Assembly: GCA_049675725.1 (NCBI GenBank)
Contig: JBAUAN010000218.1
Span: forward strand, 1,806-65,805
Source of the DNA: Candidatus Sulfotelmatobacter sp.
GTDB taxonomy: Bacteria; Acidobacteriota; Terriglobia; Terriglobales; Acidobacteriaceae
Direction: 5' to 3'
DNA length: 64,000 nt
The notes beneath the pieces are model-generated. The model made no database searches. It was not told where the DNA came from and worked only from the letters and a program-made list of their open reading frames with translations. This document shows, in pieces, positions 1 to 9,473 of this stretch (the stretch's first letter is position 1; every line of letters starts with the position of its first letter). A program made the position numbers and the translations under genes.

Positions 1-404
1 TTGCAGGCGGTGGAGGGATCGACGAAGGCGGTGCCGGCGCGGTCGGCTTTGGAAGCCTGGAAGGCGAGGCCATCTTTGGTGCGGGCGGGCAGGCCGGTGA
101 AGCGGGCTTTGCCGTCGATGTTGGTGCCGATTTCGAGATCCATCTTTCGCAGGTACATGAATCCGTAAGCGATGTGGACGTGGATTTTGGCGTCGTAAAC
201 GGGCGCGGCGTTGTCGTCGGTGACGGTGAAGTTGGCGGAGCAGGTGCCGATGCCGCCGTCAATGACGGGAACGGTGTGGGAGGCGGCGGTTTCTGCGGCG
301 GTGGTTTGGGCGGCTTGGGCGGCGGCGTGGAGCGGGATAAGGCATACGGCTGCGGCCAGGCACAGAGCGAGATGTGCAGGTGCGAGTTTGGGATTAGTCT
401 TCAT
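1..404 (-). CDS. Secreted hypothetical protein, N-terminal part only (gene runs off the left edge)
   Basis: Absent from the ORF track because it has no stop in the window. The reverse complement of 402-404 is ATG. The translation MKTNPKLAPAHLALCLAAAVCLIPLHAAAQA... is a typical signal peptide, and the frame stays open to position 1. The + strand ORFs 174-428 and 211-648 over it are Gly/Ala/Val-rich antisense artefacts. Confidence 0.6.
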   Translation of the reverse strand, partial: MKTNPKLAPAHLALCLAAAVCLIPLHAAAQAAQTTAAETAASHTVPVIDGGIGTCSANFTVTDDNAAPVYDAKIHVHIAYGFMYLRKMDLEIGTNIDGKARFTGLPARTKDGLAFQASKADRAGTAFVDPSTAC

Positions 405-726
405 CGGCGCCTCTTCGCTGCTTGCTAAGGTTGCAGGGCTGATAACGGGCGCACCTGGCTTCCTCCAGAAAAGATTACGCTTTTTAATACCGGTACGTCG
501 AATGCGGAATTCCGTTCCCATCTTTCAAGGTTTCGTCACGTTTCAGGAAGTTTGGGGTGATGGAAACGCAATGCCGGGCCGGTGGTTGCGGGAGAGATTT
601 TTCGCTTCGCGCAGAATGACAGGGCTTAACAAGAAATGTCAGGGTTGAGGGGTTGAGGAACTTTAGGCAGACCCCTACCAGGCTGTTGCAGGCGTTAGCT
701 TTAGGGGTTCTGGTTACCAACGGTCA

Positions 727-1854
727 TTGCCCGTATTACGAAACGCCGAATATAATTTTCGCATTACTACCCCATCCATTTTGAAGGAAGCGGAACTGGG
801 AATGTCTGAGGCCACCGGCACACAATTGAGCCGACATAGCCAGGAGCTGACGATCTTCCACGACGTGGCGAAGGCGCTGACGTCTTCGCTGGACCTCGAC
901 TCCATTCTGCAAACGATCATGGAAAAGATGGCGGAATATTTCCGTCCAGATACGTGGTCGCTGCTGATGGTGGACGACGAGCACAACGAACTTTATTTCG
1001 CGATTGCAGTGGGGCCGGCCGCGGAAGCATTAAAGAACGTTCGCCTAAAAGTGGGCGAGGGAATTGCCGGGTGGGTTGCGAAACATGGCGAGCAACTGGT
1101 GGTGCCGGATGTGGCGGCCGATCCGCGATTCGCAAAACGCATCGACGAGAGCACGCAGTGGGAGACGCAATCGATTATTTGCGTGCCGCTGCGCTCGAAG
1201 TTGAGCGTGCTGGGCGTGATCCAGCTGGTGAATGTGGACATGTCGCAGTTCAGCGAGCAGGAACTTTTCTTTTTGCAATCGCTGTGCGACTACGCGGCGA
1301 TTGCGATTGAAAACGCCCGCTGGGTGGAACGCATCCAGGAACTGACGATTACTGACGACTGCACGGGTCTCTACAATGCGCGGCATCTTTACAAGACGCT
1401 GGATACTGAGGTTTACCGGTCGTCGCGGTTTGGATATGAGTTCAGCGTGCTGTTCATTGATCTTGATCATTTCAAGACGGTGAACGACACGCACGGACAC
1501 TTGATTGGCAGCAAGCTGCTGGCGGAGATTGGGTATCTGGTGAAGGCGCAGCTGCGGCTGATTGATTTTGCCTTTCGCTATGGCGGCGACGAATTTGTGG
1601 TGCTGCTGCCGCAGACCAGCAAAGATCAGGCGCTGGTGGTGGCCAAGCGGTTGCGCGACGCGTTGCGGGCGAGCAGCTTTTGCCGCGAAGAGAGTCTGAA
1701 TCTGAATGTGCGTGCGTCGATGGGGCTGGCGACGTATCCGCATGACGCGCGGACGGCGCACGATATTATCCGGCAGGCGGACGAGATGATGTACCTGGTG
1801 AAGAACTCGACGCGCGATAATATCGGGATTGCGCAGCGCGGGGTGATGAAGTAG
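727..1854 (+). CDS. GAF-domain sensor diguanylate cyclase (GGDEF)
   Basis: The N-terminal half resembles a GAF domain (GEGIAGWVAKHGEQLVVPDV...ICVPL). The C-terminal half carries RYGGDEFVVLLP and the surrounding GGDEF fold motifs (DLDHFKTVNDTHGH). The true start may be the ATG at 802 (MSEATG...). Confidence 0.9.
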   Translation: MPVLRNAEYNFRITTPSILKEAELGMSEATGTQLSRHSQELTIFHDVAKALTSSLDLDSILQTIMEKMAEYFRPDTWSLLMVDDEHNELYFAIAVGPAAEALKNVRLKVGEGIAGWVAKHGEQLVVPDVAADPRFAKRIDESTQWETQSIICVPLRSKLSVLGVIQLVNVDMSQFSEQELFFLQSLCDYAAIAIENARWVERIQELTITDDCTGLYNARHLYKTLDTEVYRSSRFGYEFSVLFIDLDHFKTVNDTHGHLIGSKLLAEIGYLVKAQLRLIDFAFRYGGDEFVVLLPQTSKDQALVVAKRLRDALRASSFCREESLNLNVRASMGLATYPHDARTAHDIIRQADEMMYLVKNSTRDNIGIAQRGVMK

Positions 1855-1888
1855 GGCAGTGGCTAGTTGCTAGTGACTAGTGGCCAGT
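1855..1888. repeat. Heptanucleotide-period tract (ggcagt ggctagt tgctagt gactagt ggccagt) directly after a stop codon
   Basis: Five consecutive units of about 7 bp built on a CTAGT/CAGT core begin at the first base after the TAG stop of the GGDEF gene. Confidence 0.7.
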
Positions 1889-1997
1889 TTCAAGATCAAA
1901 CCTTCTCGCCGCGGATTTACGCGGATTCTCGCGGATAAATTGTTTTCTATAAGACCTGCTTCGCGAACCTTCGTTCTAGTTCCTCAAAACATTTCTG

Positions 1998-3005
1998 CTA
2001 CTTCGATTGCTCGTCGGGCTTTAGGTCTGGCTTCGGCGCTTCTTTGGCTTCTGGTTTCCAGGGATTCGCGTTGGCGGGGGCGTTCGGGTTGATGCCGAAA
2101 TCCCAGACGTAGAGGTTCATGCCTTCTTTATCCATCATTTCGACGACGGCGTATTCGCCGGGAGGGAGGCTTTCGGCGGGGGTGAGCTTGAGCCATCCGC
2201 CGGTGATGCGGGTGGTGGTAGTTTTTTCGAAATGCTGCTCCTGGGACATTTTGCCGGTGACACCGCGCTTCACCTCGGCCAGCGTGCGCTTGCCGGCTTT
2301 GGCGTCAGCGCGAACGATGCGGTAGCGGTCGAAGGGAACCGCCGCGGCTTGGGGTGATTGCGAGTCCTGCGGCGGAGCGGCCGCTGCTGGCGGCGGTTCG
2401 AGGTTGATGTAGAACGACGGAATGTCGACGTGCGACTGCACCTTGGCGTGTTCGCCGGACAACTCGACGGACTGTTTGGCGATGCCTCCGTGAAAGATGT
2501 TGCCCTTGCTGCTCTGGTTGAGATCGCCTTCGGCTTCCTGGATTTCGACCAGCTGGGGCTCGCTTTTTAGATTGTCGAGCAAAAAGACGCCGGAGTCGCG
2601 CGGCAGGCGCAGTCCGGGCGCGACTTCGGGCAACGCGGCCACGGCGGATGCGCTCTCGTTCTCGATTTGCTTGTCGAGTTGGACGGCGGCTGCGGCGGTG
2701 GCGCGGTCTTTCTCCTGTTGTTCCTTCTCGTAATTTTCGGTGGCAGGCCAGTCGACGAGAGACTTGGGGAGCTCCTCCCACTCATCGCGTTCCGCGCTGA
2801 AGTAGCGAACGCGGTCGTCTTTGATTTCATATTTTGTGACGATCTGGTAGGAGCCGTCTTTCAGGATGAGGCGCTGGGGTGAATTCCGGGCGGGGGAAGT
2901 CTGAGCGGGTGAGCTCACGAGGAGTGCGAGCATGGCGGCGGCGACGGCCAGAGCCCGCAAGATGAGCAAGTAGCGGCGCGGCGAGCAGATAACTTTCGAG
3001 CGCAT
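1998..3005 (-). CDS. Secreted hypothetical protein
   Basis: 335-aa ORF with an N-terminal hydrophobic signal or anchor (LLILRALAVAAAMLALLVSSPAQ) and non-artefactual composition (Lys/Glu-rich). No family recognised. Confidence 0.7.
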   Translation of the reverse strand: MRSKVICSPRRYLLILRALAVAAAMLALLVSSPAQTSPARNSPQRLILKDGSYQIVTKYEIKDDRVRYFSAERDEWEELPKSLVDWPATENYEKEQQEKDRATAAAAVQLDKQIENESASAVAALPEVAPGLRLPRDSGVFLLDNLKSEPQLVEIQEAEGDLNQSSKGNIFHGGIAKQSVELSGEHAKVQSHVDIPSFYINLEPPPAAAAPPQDSQSPQAAAVPFDRYRIVRADAKAGKRTLAEVKRGVTGKMSQEQHFEKTTTTRITGGWLKLTPAESLPPGEYAVVEMMDKEGMNLYVWDFGINPNAPANANPWKPEAKEAPKPDLKPDEQSK

Positions 3006-3312
3006 AGAGTGCTTCCATTATCGTCTTGGTGCGAGCAAGAGGAAAGGGCGGATCGCCGGAATCCTGGCTGTCCACCGGAAACAGATTTCCTTTCGTGGCT
3101 AGGAATACTGCGCGGGTCCCGGTTTCCTGTACATTCGGCACACTCGGAATCTTCACGATTACGTTCTGGGGCGGCGGGCGTCTAAGCCAAGCGACGGCAT
3201 AGACCTGCTCACGTGGTCAATCCCCGCTCCATTCAAAGGGCAGGTAGGTTGCCCAATCTCGCAGAAATGAGGTCTCCCAAAAACACGACCTCACAGAAAA
3301 GGAGTTTCTCCT

Positions 3313-4392
3313 ATGAGTAGGATTCGTCTGCTGGTTTTGATCTCCGCTCTGTTGCCGTTGGCAAATGTTGGCCACGCCCAAACCGCGACCAGCGAAACCC
3401 TGATGCTCGACTTGCCGCGGCAGAGCCAGCATGCGCTGGTGACGCAGCGCATTGGCGTTACCGATATCACCGTCAATTATCACCGCCCTTTGGCCAACGG
3501 ACGCGAGGTCTGGGGCAAGTTAGTGCCTTATGGGCAGGTTTGGCGGGCCGGGGCGAATGAAAATACTACGATCGCGTTCAGCGATCCGGTCACGATTGAA
3601 GGGCAGGCGCTCGACAAGGGAACGTATGGCTTGCACATGATTCCCGGCGAGAATGAGTGGACGGTGATCTTCTCGAAAGACGCCGCTGCGTGGGGAAGTT
3701 TCAGCTACAAGCAGGAAGACGACGCGCTGCGAGTTACGGTGAAACCGCAAGCCGCCGAGTTGCACAACGCGCTGGCTTACGATTTCGACGAAGTAAAGCC
3801 AGATTCGGCGGTGGTGACGCTGCGCTGGGAGAAGGTTGCTGTGCCTTTCAAAGTTGCGGTGAAGGTAAACGACATCGTTACGGCCAGCATCCACCGACAG
3901 TTGTACGGGCTCAACCAATATTACTGGGAAGGGTGGGACGATGCGGCGGGGTATTTCCTGGCGAACAAAATTCATCTGGACGAAGCTCTGAAGTATGAGG
4001 ATCAATCGATTCAGAATGAGGAGCGTTTCGACAATTTGCTGGGTAAGTCGAAGATTCTCGATGCCATGGGGCGGAATGAGGACGCGGTAGCGGCGCACAA
4101 CAAGGCGATGGAGAAAGCGAACGCAGTGCAGCTCTATTCGTATGGGCGGCAGTTGCAGGGGGAGAAGAAACAGGATGAGGCGTTCGCGATTTTTCGTACC
4201 AGCGCAAAGAAGTATCCCGATTATTGGCTGACGCACGTTGGTCTGGCTCGCGTTTATAGCGGGGAGGGCCAATATGACCAGGCAATCAAGGAGATGCAGG
4301 CAGCACTGCAGGGCGTGCCGGATGAGGCGAACAAGTCGAGGATAGTGAATTACGTGAAGCGACTGCAGGCGAAGGAAGACATTAATCGATAG
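3313..4392 (+). CDS. DUF2911 domain protein with C-terminal TPR repeats
   Basis: Signal peptide MSRIRLLVLISALLPLANVGHAQ. A DUF2911-like core follows (VNYHRP...GKLVPYGQVWRAGANENTTIAF...GTYGLHMIPGENEWTVIFSK). The C-terminal part has TPR-like helices (YPDYWLTHVGLARVYSGEGQYDQAIKEMQAAL). An AAAGGAG Shine-Dalgarno sits just upstream. Confidence 0.85.
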   Translation: MSRIRLLVLISALLPLANVGHAQTATSETLMLDLPRQSQHALVTQRIGVTDITVNYHRPLANGREVWGKLVPYGQVWRAGANENTTIAFSDPVTIEGQALDKGTYGLHMIPGENEWTVIFSKDAAAWGSFSYKQEDDALRVTVKPQAAELHNALAYDFDEVKPDSAVVTLRWEKVAVPFKVAVKVNDIVTASIHRQLYGLNQYYWEGWDDAAGYFLANKIHLDEALKYEDQSIQNEERFDNLLGKSKILDAMGRNEDAVAAHNKAMEKANAVQLYSYGRQLQGEKKQDEAFAIFRTSAKKYPDYWLTHVGLARVYSGEGQYDQAIKEMQAALQGVPDEANKSRIVNYVKRLQAKEDINR

Positions 4393-4439
4393 ACGAAGTT
4401 CGGGGTCTAGAATTTTCCAGCTCCGGACTTTCGGAGGAG

Positions 4440-7307
4440 TTAGCCAGTATTGTGGAGGCCTGCGGCGATTCCGTTGATGGTGGCGCCGAGAGGGAAGTCG
4501 AGGTCGGCGCGGTTCGGGTCGAGTTGTTTTCGGCGCAGAAGCTCCACTTGAATCAGGCTCATGGGATCGACGTAGGGGTTGCGCAGCTGGATGGAACGCG
4601 CCAGCACGCGATTGTTGCCTAACAACTCACGCTGGCCGGTGACTTGCAGGATCATGCGCCGGGAGCGCAGGAATTCATCTTCGAGCGTGGCGAAGACGCG
4701 TTTTCGCATATCTGCGTTGCTGACCAATCCTGAATAAACGCGGGCGATCTCCAGGTCGGCTTTGGCCATGCCCAATTCCACGTTGCGCACGAGATCGGAG
4801 AACAGCGGGAAGCCGCGCATCATTTGGCGCAGGAACTGCTCGTGTGCGGAACTCTTGCCGGCGTATTGCTCGAGAGCGTGGCCCACGCCAAACCAGGCGG
4901 GGACGGCGTGACGGCTTTGCATCCAGCCAAAGACCCAGGGGATGGCGCGCAAATCTTCGAGGCGTCGGCTCCTGGAGCGGCGCGAAGGCCGCGACCCGAT
5001 ACGCGCAGCGTCAAGCTGGTTCACCGGAGTCGCCTGATAAAAATATTCCAGCACTTCGGGATTGTCGGCGATGTCGCGACGGTAGACGCGATAGGCGGCT
5101 TCCGACATTTCTGCCATTGCCTCTTCCCAGCGAGAGTTGCTGTCGGATTCCGAACGAGCGGGGCGAGTGAGCGCCTCGAGGCTGGCGGCAATCATTAGTT
5201 CCAGGTTCCACTCGGCCAGCACGGGATCGGAATATTTCCAATTGAGAACTTCGCCCTGCTCCGTGATGCGGATCTGGCCGGAGAAGCAACCCTCGGGCTG
5301 CGCCAGAATTGCGGAGTGGGTGGGACCTCCGCCGCGGCCTACCGTGCCGCCGCGGCCGTGAAACAGGCGAAGCTTCACGCCGCATTCCTGCGCTGCGCGA
5401 TGGAGTTCGCGATGAGCTTTATACAGCTCCCAGGTGCTGGTGAACATGCCACCGTCTTTGTTGGAGTCGGAGTAGCCGAGCATCACTTCCTGCCAGCGTC
5501 CCCAGGAATCGAGCAACGGCGCGTATTCGGGATGGTTCCACAGGCGGCGCATTACGCTGGCGGATGCGCGCAGGGAATCGATCGATTCGAACAGAGGCAC
5601 GGGCATGAGACCGGGGTCACTATTCGCACTCGAATCTTTGTTTGCGCTCGGATTCTTGTCCGTGCCGGTCGATCCTTTGACTTGTATTGCGCTGGCTTTG
5701 GCCAGGCGAACGATGTTGAGCACATCGTCTTCAGTTTCGGCGCCGCTGATGACGTACTGGCAGATTGCCTGCGCGGGATACTCGCGTTTGAGCTCGCCGA
5801 TAATTCGAAAAGTAGCGAGCAACTCGCGGGTCTCCGAAGAAGCAATCTCGGTCAGCCGCGCCAGACTTTGGTTCGCCTTCAGCGTTGGTTCCAACTCCGC
5901 GAGCACTTGCGCGTGAACACGGGCGTGCTGGCGAATGTCGAGAGTGTGCAGCCGGAATCCGAATGTGTGGACCTTGCGCAGCAGCGGGTCGACGAAGTTG
6001 GTTGCAAGGCGCTGACCACGATGCGACCGCAAGCTTTCGCGCACCAGGAGCAGGTCATGCTCAAACTCCACGACGTTGTTGTAAGTTGCGGAGGCACTCG
6101 AGGGCTGCCGGGTTTGCTGGAGCTTGTGAAACACGTAGGAGAGAAAGCGGCGGTAACTCTCGGTAGTGTTGTGCGGGCCCCAGGCAAGATGAACGCCGGG
6201 AATGGTGCTCTCGTAGTGCGCGAGCCGCGCCAGCATTTCTTCGGATGCGCCGACCTGGCGCAGCGAGGAACTGAGGCGATCACTCAAAGCTTCAACGTCG
6301 TTGAGGTACTCGCGAAGGATCAACGCGCGCGCCAGTGCCAGGGCATCGCGAATGCACGCGGGCTTGACCAGCGGGTTGCCGTCGCGGTCTCCGCCGATCC
6401 AGGAGCCGAAGCGAATCAGCGTGGGCAACGCGGGTTCTTCGACCACGACGCCGTATACATCACGAAAAGCGTCGCGAATCTCGGTATAGATTCTGGGGAT
6501 CGTTTCGAAAAGCGAGAGCCGGAAGTAGCGCAGACCCATGCGAATCTCGTCGTCGACGGTGGGCTTGGCCAGGCGAATTTCGTCGGTCTGCCAGAGCGAA
6601 ATCACCTCGGCGCGGATGGCTTCTTCGCAGTCGGCGGCGTCGGTGGCGGTGAGTGGAAGCCAGTCGAGATTTTCCAGTTGCCGGGCGACGCGGCGGCGCT
6701 TCAGCAGAACGGTTTGCCGGGCGACCTCGGTGGGGTGCGCGGTGAACACCGGGATTACCGTCACCTGGCGCAGGGCGGCGAGAGCTTGCGGGGCGGGAAC
6801 CCCGGCGGCTTTCAAACGCTGGAGCGTGCCGCGAAACGAGCCGGCGGGAGGAACATGTTGGCGATCGAGCTCGCCGGCGCGGCGGCGGCGTTTGCGATGG
6901 TTGGTTTCGGCAAGATTTGTAAGTTCAAAATAAATTGCGAAAGCTTTCGCGACCTGGTGAGCCTGCGTGAGATCCATCTTCGCGACCATGTCCTGGACCC
7001 TGGTCATCAGATCGCTCGCCATCGGATCGGTCGCTATCAAGTCAGTCGTGGGCGCGGAAGCCAGGCGACGGCGGACTTCTTCGCGATGCTCGATCAGGAG
7101 TTGCCGGAGCTGCTCAACCGCGTCAAACAGCTCGCGGCCGCCCTGCTCGACCAGCACTTGCCCAAGCAACGAGCCTAGCGACCGGACATCCCGGCGCAGG
7201 GGATTGTCCTTGGCAGGGTCCTGCGACCCTGCCGTGAGTTCGGCGAGGCGGGAAGTTTGATCCTCGGGCTTCCACAGCAGTTTGGTCTTGCTCATGAGGG
7301 CAGGCAA
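4440..7307 (-). CDS. ppc: Phosphoenolpyruvate carboxylase
   Basis: 955 aa with the PEPC signatures VFTAHPTE, FHGRGGTVGRGGGP and GYSDSNKDGG, and the C-terminal ...GLHNTG. Confidence 0.97.
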   Translation of the reverse strand: MPALMSKTKLLWKPEDQTSRLAELTAGSQDPAKDNPLRRDVRSLGSLLGQVLVEQGGRELFDAVEQLRQLLIEHREEVRRRLASAPTTDLIATDPMASDLMTRVQDMVAKMDLTQAHQVAKAFAIYFELTNLAETNHRKRRRRAGELDRQHVPPAGSFRGTLQRLKAAGVPAPQALAALRQVTVIPVFTAHPTEVARQTVLLKRRRVARQLENLDWLPLTATDAADCEEAIRAEVISLWQTDEIRLAKPTVDDEIRMGLRYFRLSLFETIPRIYTEIRDAFRDVYGVVVEEPALPTLIRFGSWIGGDRDGNPLVKPACIRDALALARALILREYLNDVEALSDRLSSSLRQVGASEEMLARLAHYESTIPGVHLAWGPHNTTESYRRFLSYVFHKLQQTRQPSSASATYNNVVEFEHDLLLVRESLRSHRGQRLATNFVDPLLRKVHTFGFRLHTLDIRQHARVHAQVLAELEPTLKANQSLARLTEIASSETRELLATFRIIGELKREYPAQAICQYVISGAETEDDVLNIVRLAKASAIQVKGSTGTDKNPSANKDSSANSDPGLMPVPLFESIDSLRASASVMRRLWNHPEYAPLLDSWGRWQEVMLGYSDSNKDGGMFTSTWELYKAHRELHRAAQECGVKLRLFHGRGGTVGRGGGPTHSAILAQPEGCFSGQIRITEQGEVLNWKYSDPVLAEWNLELMIAASLEALTRPARSESDSNSRWEEAMAEMSEAAYRVYRRDIADNPEVLEYFYQATPVNQLDAARIGSRPSRRSRSRRLEDLRAIPWVFGWMQSRHAVPAWFGVGHALEQYAGKSSAHEQFLRQMMRGFPLFSDLVRNVELGMAKADLEIARVYSGLVSNADMRKRVFATLEDEFLRSRRMILQVTGQRELLGNNRVLARSIQLRNPYVDPMSLIQVELLRRKQLDPNRADLDFPLGATINGIAAGLHNTG

Positions 7308-7375
7308 AAAAGAATAGAGACAGAATAAACGAAAGGGCGGGGGCCGTGGGGAGCAGTGCCGGGCGCTGGCTCCCT

Positions 7376-8077
7376 TTATTTAGGGACCTCGAACCGGTAC
7401 CCGATGCCGCGGAGGGTTTTCAGGTATTGGGGATGGCGGGGGTCGGCTTCGATTTTTTCGCGCAGGCGGCGGATATAGACGTCGATGGAACGGGGCGTCA
7501 CAAACGGAGTTTCCTTCCACACGGCGTCGAGCAGTTGATCGCGCGTGAGCACGCGGCCGCGGTGCGTAGCCAGATATTCGAGCAGGCGGAACTCGCGCAC
7601 GGTAGTGAGGATGTTGCGGCCTTGCACCTGCACCGTCATGGAAGAGGCGTCGATTTCGAGCTCGCCGAGGCGGAGAACTTCAACTGTCCCGAGGGGCTGT
7701 CGCATGCCGCGCAAGACGCTGCGCACGCGGGCCACCAGTTCCCGCGGACTGAAGGGCTTAGTTATGTAGTCATCCCCGCCGAGTTCCAGACCTTTGACTC
7801 GGTCGGCCTCTGAAGTCTTTGCGGTAAGAAAAATTACAGGGATGGTGGATAACGCTGGAGTCTGCCGGATGTGGCGGCACAGATCGAAGCCGTCGGCTCC
7901 GGGCAGCATCACGTCCAGAAGAAACAACGAAGGTGTCTCGCGCAAGGCTTCGGAAACCACGGACGTCCCGCTGACGAAGCTCTGGACTTCGAATCCAGCT
8001 GCCTGCAGATTGTGCGCGATGAGGCGGGCAATATCTTCTTCATCCTCTACGACGAAGACGAGCATGCGGGCAGGCAT
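7376..8077 (-). CDS. OmpR/PhoB-family response regulator
   Basis: Receiver domain (VFVVEDEEDIARLI, LLDVMLPGADG, IFLTAKT) plus winged-helix output (TLRGIGYRFEV). The ORF extends to 8143, but the receiver begins right after the ATG at 8077 (MPARMLVFVVEDE). Start is uncertain. Confidence 0.9.
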   Translation of the reverse strand: MPARMLVFVVEDEEDIARLIAHNLQAAGFEVQSFVSGTSVVSEALRETPSLFLLDVMLPGADGFDLCRHIRQTPALSTIPVIFLTAKTSEADRVKGLELGGDDYITKPFSPRELVARVRSVLRGMRQPLGTVEVLRLGELEIDASSMTVQVQGRNILTTVREFRLLEYLATHRGRVLTRDQLLDAVWKETPFVTPRSIDVYIRRLREKIEADPRHPQYLKTLRGIGYRFEVPK

Positions 8078-8315
8078 AGGTACGTCCGTACGCGAGCCGC
8101 GCTCGTAGGAATTCAGAGGGAGGTGCATTTTTGCTTGCGACACCGCGAAACCCAGCTGTTGCGGGGATTGCGGAAGCCTGGTTCAGACTGTATGGGCGAA
8201 ATGTTGCGCGGATGTTTCCGGCGTGTTAACGAATGATGAATTTCGCGTGGAGGGCGAGGAGTGCGAGGAAAGGCAAAGTTGTGGATCGCCGAGGGCTTAT
8301 GGCTGGCGCGCTGCC

Positions 8316-8424
8316 GCAGAGAAGACTGAGATTCCTTCGACTTCGCTCAGGACAGGCTCCTCGGCCCGCGAAGAAGAGCGCGGGCTCTCGGGATGACAAG
8401 CGGGCTGAGGTTTGAGCTAAGAAG
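8316..8424. repeat. Roughly 105-bp intergenic repeat, copy 1 (contains the TTCGCTCAGGACAGGCT box and a CTCGGGATGAC box)
   Basis: Aligns by eye over about 105 bp with 9341-9447, roughly nine-tenths identical with one indel. It has an internal hairpin gcccgcg-aagaagag-cgcgggc. The 60-aa ORF 8233-8415 (..LRFLRLRSGQAPRP..) is read-through of this repeat. Confidence 0.85.
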
Positions 8425-8474
8425 TAACAGCTAGAAGCTAGAGCTTTAAGACCTACGCGGCAACCCCACAGCTT

Positions 8475-9248
8475 CTATGGAGCGGCGCGCTTTTTGGGCA
8501 TGTGACGCAGGCTGCGTCCTTCGATCAAGCTGTAGAGATCTTCGGCGAGGTTGGTGGTGTGATCGCCGGCGCGTTCCAGGGCCTGGGCCATCAGGAGCAG
8601 GTCAAAGCTTGAAGTGTCGCCCAGGGACGCGGTCTCGGCGAGGTGTTTCTGAAACAAGGCATGACAGATGCGGTCGACATCCTTATCCATCTGCAGAACC
8701 TTGCGGGCGCATTCCAGGTCGAGGGTGCTGAATCCGGTGTGGATGAGGTCGAGCATGTCGCGCAGGATTACTGACATTTCCACAAGCTGGCCGGCATCCG
8801 ACGCCGGAATTTTTGCGTTTCGCGCCTGCACTCGCATGGCAACGCTCATCACGAGATCGCCGATGCGCTCCAGATCGGTGGTGCACTTCAGGCTGGAAAG
8901 CAGCTGGCGCGCGCGCGCCTCATTGACGCGGGTAATGGCAGCGGGAAGGTCCTCGTCAATTTGGCGCTCGATGAAATCAAGCTCTTTTTCGCAATCCTTG
9001 ATGGCCAGGAAAGCCATCCGCGAGTTGGTGGTGACCAGGTCGCGCACGTTGAAAGCGGCATCGCGGGCGATGAGGCAGGCTTTCAGGGCGAGCCGAGTGA
9101 GGTCGTCGGTGGCCAGGGCTCCGGGCTTGCGGGTGGCTGCAGCTTTGCCGGGCTGGGGTTCTGCCGTGTCTGTGCGGGTGCGTGCGGCTCCCGACGATCC
9201 AGTGGTGGTTTTGCGAGCCAAGAGTTGCTCCAGTGATTTTGCAAACAA
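8475..9248 (-). CDS. phoU: PhoU-family phosphate-signalling regulator
   Basis: Two PhoU repeats with the conserved metal-site motifs (DLERIGDLVMSVA and ALERAGDHTTNLAEDL). A roughly 50-aa low-complexity N-terminal extension precedes them. Confidence 0.85.
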   Translation of the reverse strand: MFAKSLEQLLARKTTTGSSGAARTRTDTAEPQPGKAAATRKPGALATDDLTRLALKACLIARDAAFNVRDLVTTNSRMAFLAIKDCEKELDFIERQIDEDLPAAITRVNEARARQLLSSLKCTTDLERIGDLVMSVAMRVQARNAKIPASDAGQLVEMSVILRDMLDLIHTGFSTLDLECARKVLQMDKDVDRICHALFQKHLAETASLGDTSSFDLLLMAQALERAGDHTTNLAEDLYSLIEGRSLRHMPKKRAAP

Positions 9249-9340
9249 GTGTAATGGATAAGTGTGAAAAGATAGTGAATAGGAGCTTGGGGTGGTGGTG
9301 AGGTTGGTGCAGTCGAGGGGTTTAAGGCTGTCGCGCGCCA

Positions 9341-9447
9341 GCAGAGAAGATGGAGATTCCTTCGACTTCGCTCAGGACAGGCTCTTCGGCCCGCGAAGCA
9401 GAACGCGGGCTCTCCGGATGACTGCGGGTTGAGGTTTAAGCTAGGAG
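9341..9447. repeat. Roughly 105-bp intergenic repeat, copy 2 (direct orientation relative to copy 1)
   Basis: Same element as 8316-8424. Both copies lie at the same offset (1025 bp apart) on either side of phoU. Confidence 0.85.
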
Positions 9448-9473
9448 CAAGGAGCTAAGAGCTGATCACTAGC
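9440..9473. repeat. Heptanucleotide-period tract (gctagga gcaagga gctaaga gctgatc actagc) abutting the dinB start codon
   Basis: Units of about 7 bp built on GCTNAGN. The tract contains AGCTAAGAGCTGAT (9453-9466), whose exact reverse complement is at 9975-9988. Confidence 0.75.

Noticed and set aside
174-648. + strand ORFs 174-428 and 211-648 at the left edge
   Set aside because: They overlap a minus-strand open frame that starts with a clean signal peptide (ATG at 404). The + strand translations are Gly/Val/Ala repeats without features.
4421-4436. Hairpin ctccg-gacttt-cggag between the convergent DUF2911-TPR and ppc genes, as a bidirectional terminator
   Set aside because: The stem is only 5 bp and there is no T-tract on either strand, which is too weak to call.
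5316-7178. 620-aa + strand ORF, plus several shorter ORFs on both strands within 4820-7260
   Set aside because: It lies entirely within the ppc gene on the opposite strand. ppc has unmistakable catalytic motifs, while the antisense translation is Arg/Ala/Gly/Val-rich with no recognisable domain. This is the usual long-ORF artefact of GC-rich DNA.
8233-8415. 60-aa ORF (..RRLRFLRLRSGQAPRPAKKSAGSRDDK..)
   Set aside because: It is read-through of the 105-bp repeat. The second repeat copy is not in an equivalent ORF, so the conservation is at the DNA level, not the protein level.
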